Shown piece by piece: positions 62,581 to 64,000 of a stretch of DNA of 64,000 nt. Positions within the stretch are counted from its first letter, which is position 1, and each line of letters starts with the position of its first letter. The DNA comes from an uncultured Bacilli bacterium (GTDB taxonomy: Bacteria > Bacillota_I > Bacilli_A > RFN20 > CAG-826). The stretch covers positions 199,733-263,732 of the forward strand of contig CAKUXV010000001.1 in NCBI GenBank assembly GCA_934700895.1. The letters are read 5' to 3'. A program made the position numbers and the translations under genes. Below the pieces are notes generated by a model. That model worked only from the letters and a program-made list of their open reading frames with translations. It was not told the origin of the DNA and made no database searches.

Positions 62581-63972
62581 AAAAAAGAACCATTGTCCAC
62601 TCAGCAAATTGACGAATACCTCGCTCATTCCGCAAATAACGGAACCGAAATCCTTCGTTCCCGCCAGGCGGGGTGCTTTTTTTGCGAAAGTCTTTTCTCG
62701 GCGAAAGAAATTCACGACTGGGATAACGAATCCAATTCCTTGACGGCTGTATGTCCAAGATGCGGCATGCATAGCGTCGTCGGCGATGCCTCTGGGCTCC
62801 CTCTCGACGAAGAAATCCTCCACGAAGTTCGCCAAGCACGCTTCACCGATGATTACATTGCCCTCCATTCGGATATTGCCTCCCGTTATTGCCAAAATTA
62901 TCTTAACGGCTTGGTTTGCCATAATCCGATGAATGAAGAGCTCTTTGTCCGTTATTGCGATATTTTGGCCGATCTCCATCACCAAGGATCCGCGTTGATT
63001 CTTGGGAATTTCTATGAAATCGGTGGCGAATTTACCGCGCCTGACCTTGCCAAAGCCCTTCGTTATTATCGCCGTCCCGAACTCCATACGAATCCCGATG
63101 CTCTTGTGGGGATCGGGCGAATCATGCAACGTTGGTTTGGGGAGAATAAGCACGACATGCTTGCTTATGAATATTATTCCCAAGCCGCGGCGTTAGGATC
63201 CTATGCCGGCGTTTACCAAGTTGCCCAATGCTATTTCAATGGATGCGGGGTGAAAAAAGACCCAGAGATGGGTTTTGCCATGCTTCAATCCGCTTATGCT
63301 GACGTGTTCCAATCGTTTACCACCTCGCAAAACAATGTGGATGATTTCGTGAATTATTCCTTGCGCCTAGGAGAATGCTACCAAAAGGGAATCGCGGTCA
63401 AGAAAGACCCTATGGCCGCCCTTCGCTATAACCTTTTCGCGGAATATGGATGCTCCACCCAAAATGGCTTTGCTCCTGATATTGAGGAGAATGTCGCCAT
63501 CCGCAAAAAGATTTCCCGACGCATTCATATGCTTGCCAAATCTTTCTCCTACACCAAGGGGGAGCCTGTTTACGATCAAGATAGTTTCTATGATTCTTTC
63601 TGCGATTCCCCCGCTCCCGCCCTACCTAAATTCTTTACTCTGAAATCTTGGGACCCCACAACGGGGATTTTACGTTTCATCGTTCGTTATATGCTTCCTC
63701 CTCTCATCGTGGATTTGGCGAATCTTTATTGCGGCCTCGCCGGAGAAGAAATCGAATGGGAATTCCATGACATCGTCGAATTCCGCATGGCGGGCCAGCA
63801 GGATACGATTTTTGATCGCATCGTGAGTCCTGATGACAATTCGTGGTCATTTGAGCACGTTTCCTCCTCTGGCCAGGGACAAGAATCCATTTATTTAAGA
63901 TTCCGTCCTAAAGACGACGAAGAGGAAGATGGCATTCTAGAGGAGAAGTTCTCCAATGAAAAAAACAAATAA
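62578..63972 (+). CDS. Protein with N-terminal 4-Cys zinc-ribbon-like module, Sel1/TPR-like repeats and an unknown acidic C-terminal domain
   Basis: C-F-F-C...C-P-R-C in the first 70 aa. Sel1-like repeats include GNFYEIGGEFTAPDLAKALRYY, AQCYFNGCGVKKDPEMGFAML and GECYQKGIAVKKDPMAALRY. Confidence 0.6.
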   Translation: MKKEPLSTQQIDEYLAHSANNGTEILRSRQAGCFFCESLFSAKEIHDWDNESNSLTAVCPRCGMHSVVGDASGLPLDEEILHEVRQARFTDDYIALHSDIASRYCQNYLNGLVCHNPMNEELFVRYCDILADLHHQGSALILGNFYEIGGEFTAPDLAKALRYYRRPELHTNPDALVGIGRIMQRWFGENKHDMLAYEYYSQAAALGSYAGVYQVAQCYFNGCGVKKDPEMGFAMLQSAYADVFQSFTTSQNNVDDFVNYSLRLGECYQKGIAVKKDPMAALRYNLFAEYGCSTQNGFAPDIEENVAIRKKISRRIHMLAKSFSYTKGEPVYDQDSFYDSFCDSPAPALPKFFTLKSWDPTTGILRFIVRYMLPPLIVDLANLYCGLAGEEIEWEFHDIVEFRMAGQQDTIFDRIVSPDDNSWSFEHVSSSGQGQESIYLRFRPKDDEEEDGILEEKFSNEKNK

Positions 63973-64000
63973 AACGGCGTTAACCTTTTTGAAGCCCTAC

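Overview
This is a 64-kb chromosomal segment from a moderate-GC genome that uses the standard code. TGA clearly terminates full-length genes such as 987..2192. Gene content points to a reduced, possibly wall-less Bacillota lineage (Erysipelotrichia / Acholeplasma / RF39-like). That rests on plsX, gpsA, DegV, PduL, archaeal-type ProRS, a large repeat-rich surface protein, many HAD phosphatases, and no cell-wall genes in the window; the taxonomy is inference only.

I annotate about 55 intact protein genes, mostly housekeeping:
- pgi, metK, hpf, mgsA, rnj, def, rsmD, coaD, gpsA, plsX, proS, pckA and birA.
- A Na+-translocating oxaloacetate decarboxylase operon.
- A metal ABC importer.

There are nine tRNAs: a Val-Tyr-Gln-Lys-Leu cluster, Leu(GAG) and three Ser isoacceptors. 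One SAM-type riboswitch precedes metK. I saw no rRNA, CRISPR array, intact transposase or integrase, or phage genes.

I could not find a clean multi-gene novel system. The points most worth a second look are:
1. At least 14 first-in-operon genes have a -10 box only 6-10 nt upstream of the ATG and no Shine-Dalgarno, suggesting leaderless or near-leaderless mRNAs.
2. A five-member family of orphan ATPase genes with endonuclease-like C-termini (AAA_14/DUF4143 and DUF234 types) has only one intact copy. The other four are nonsense- or frameshift-inactivated, and the accessory/decay patches lie next to tRNA genes.
3. A 1.1-kb stretch (10.27-11.39 kb) has no intact ORF. It is part frameshifted gene relic and part unexplained.
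4. bioY sits next to an oadA-oadG-BCCP-oadB-birA-pckA operon, which implies a PEP-to-oxaloacetate-to-pyruvate route coupled to ATP and a Na+ gradient.
5. PduL carries a tandem-repeat Cys/His tail and is tightly coupled to a TSCPD gene.
6. The SAM riboswitch upstream of metK lacks canonical S-box motifs.

All calls come from reading the sequence and the ORF track and from remembered family motifs. No searches or computations were run.
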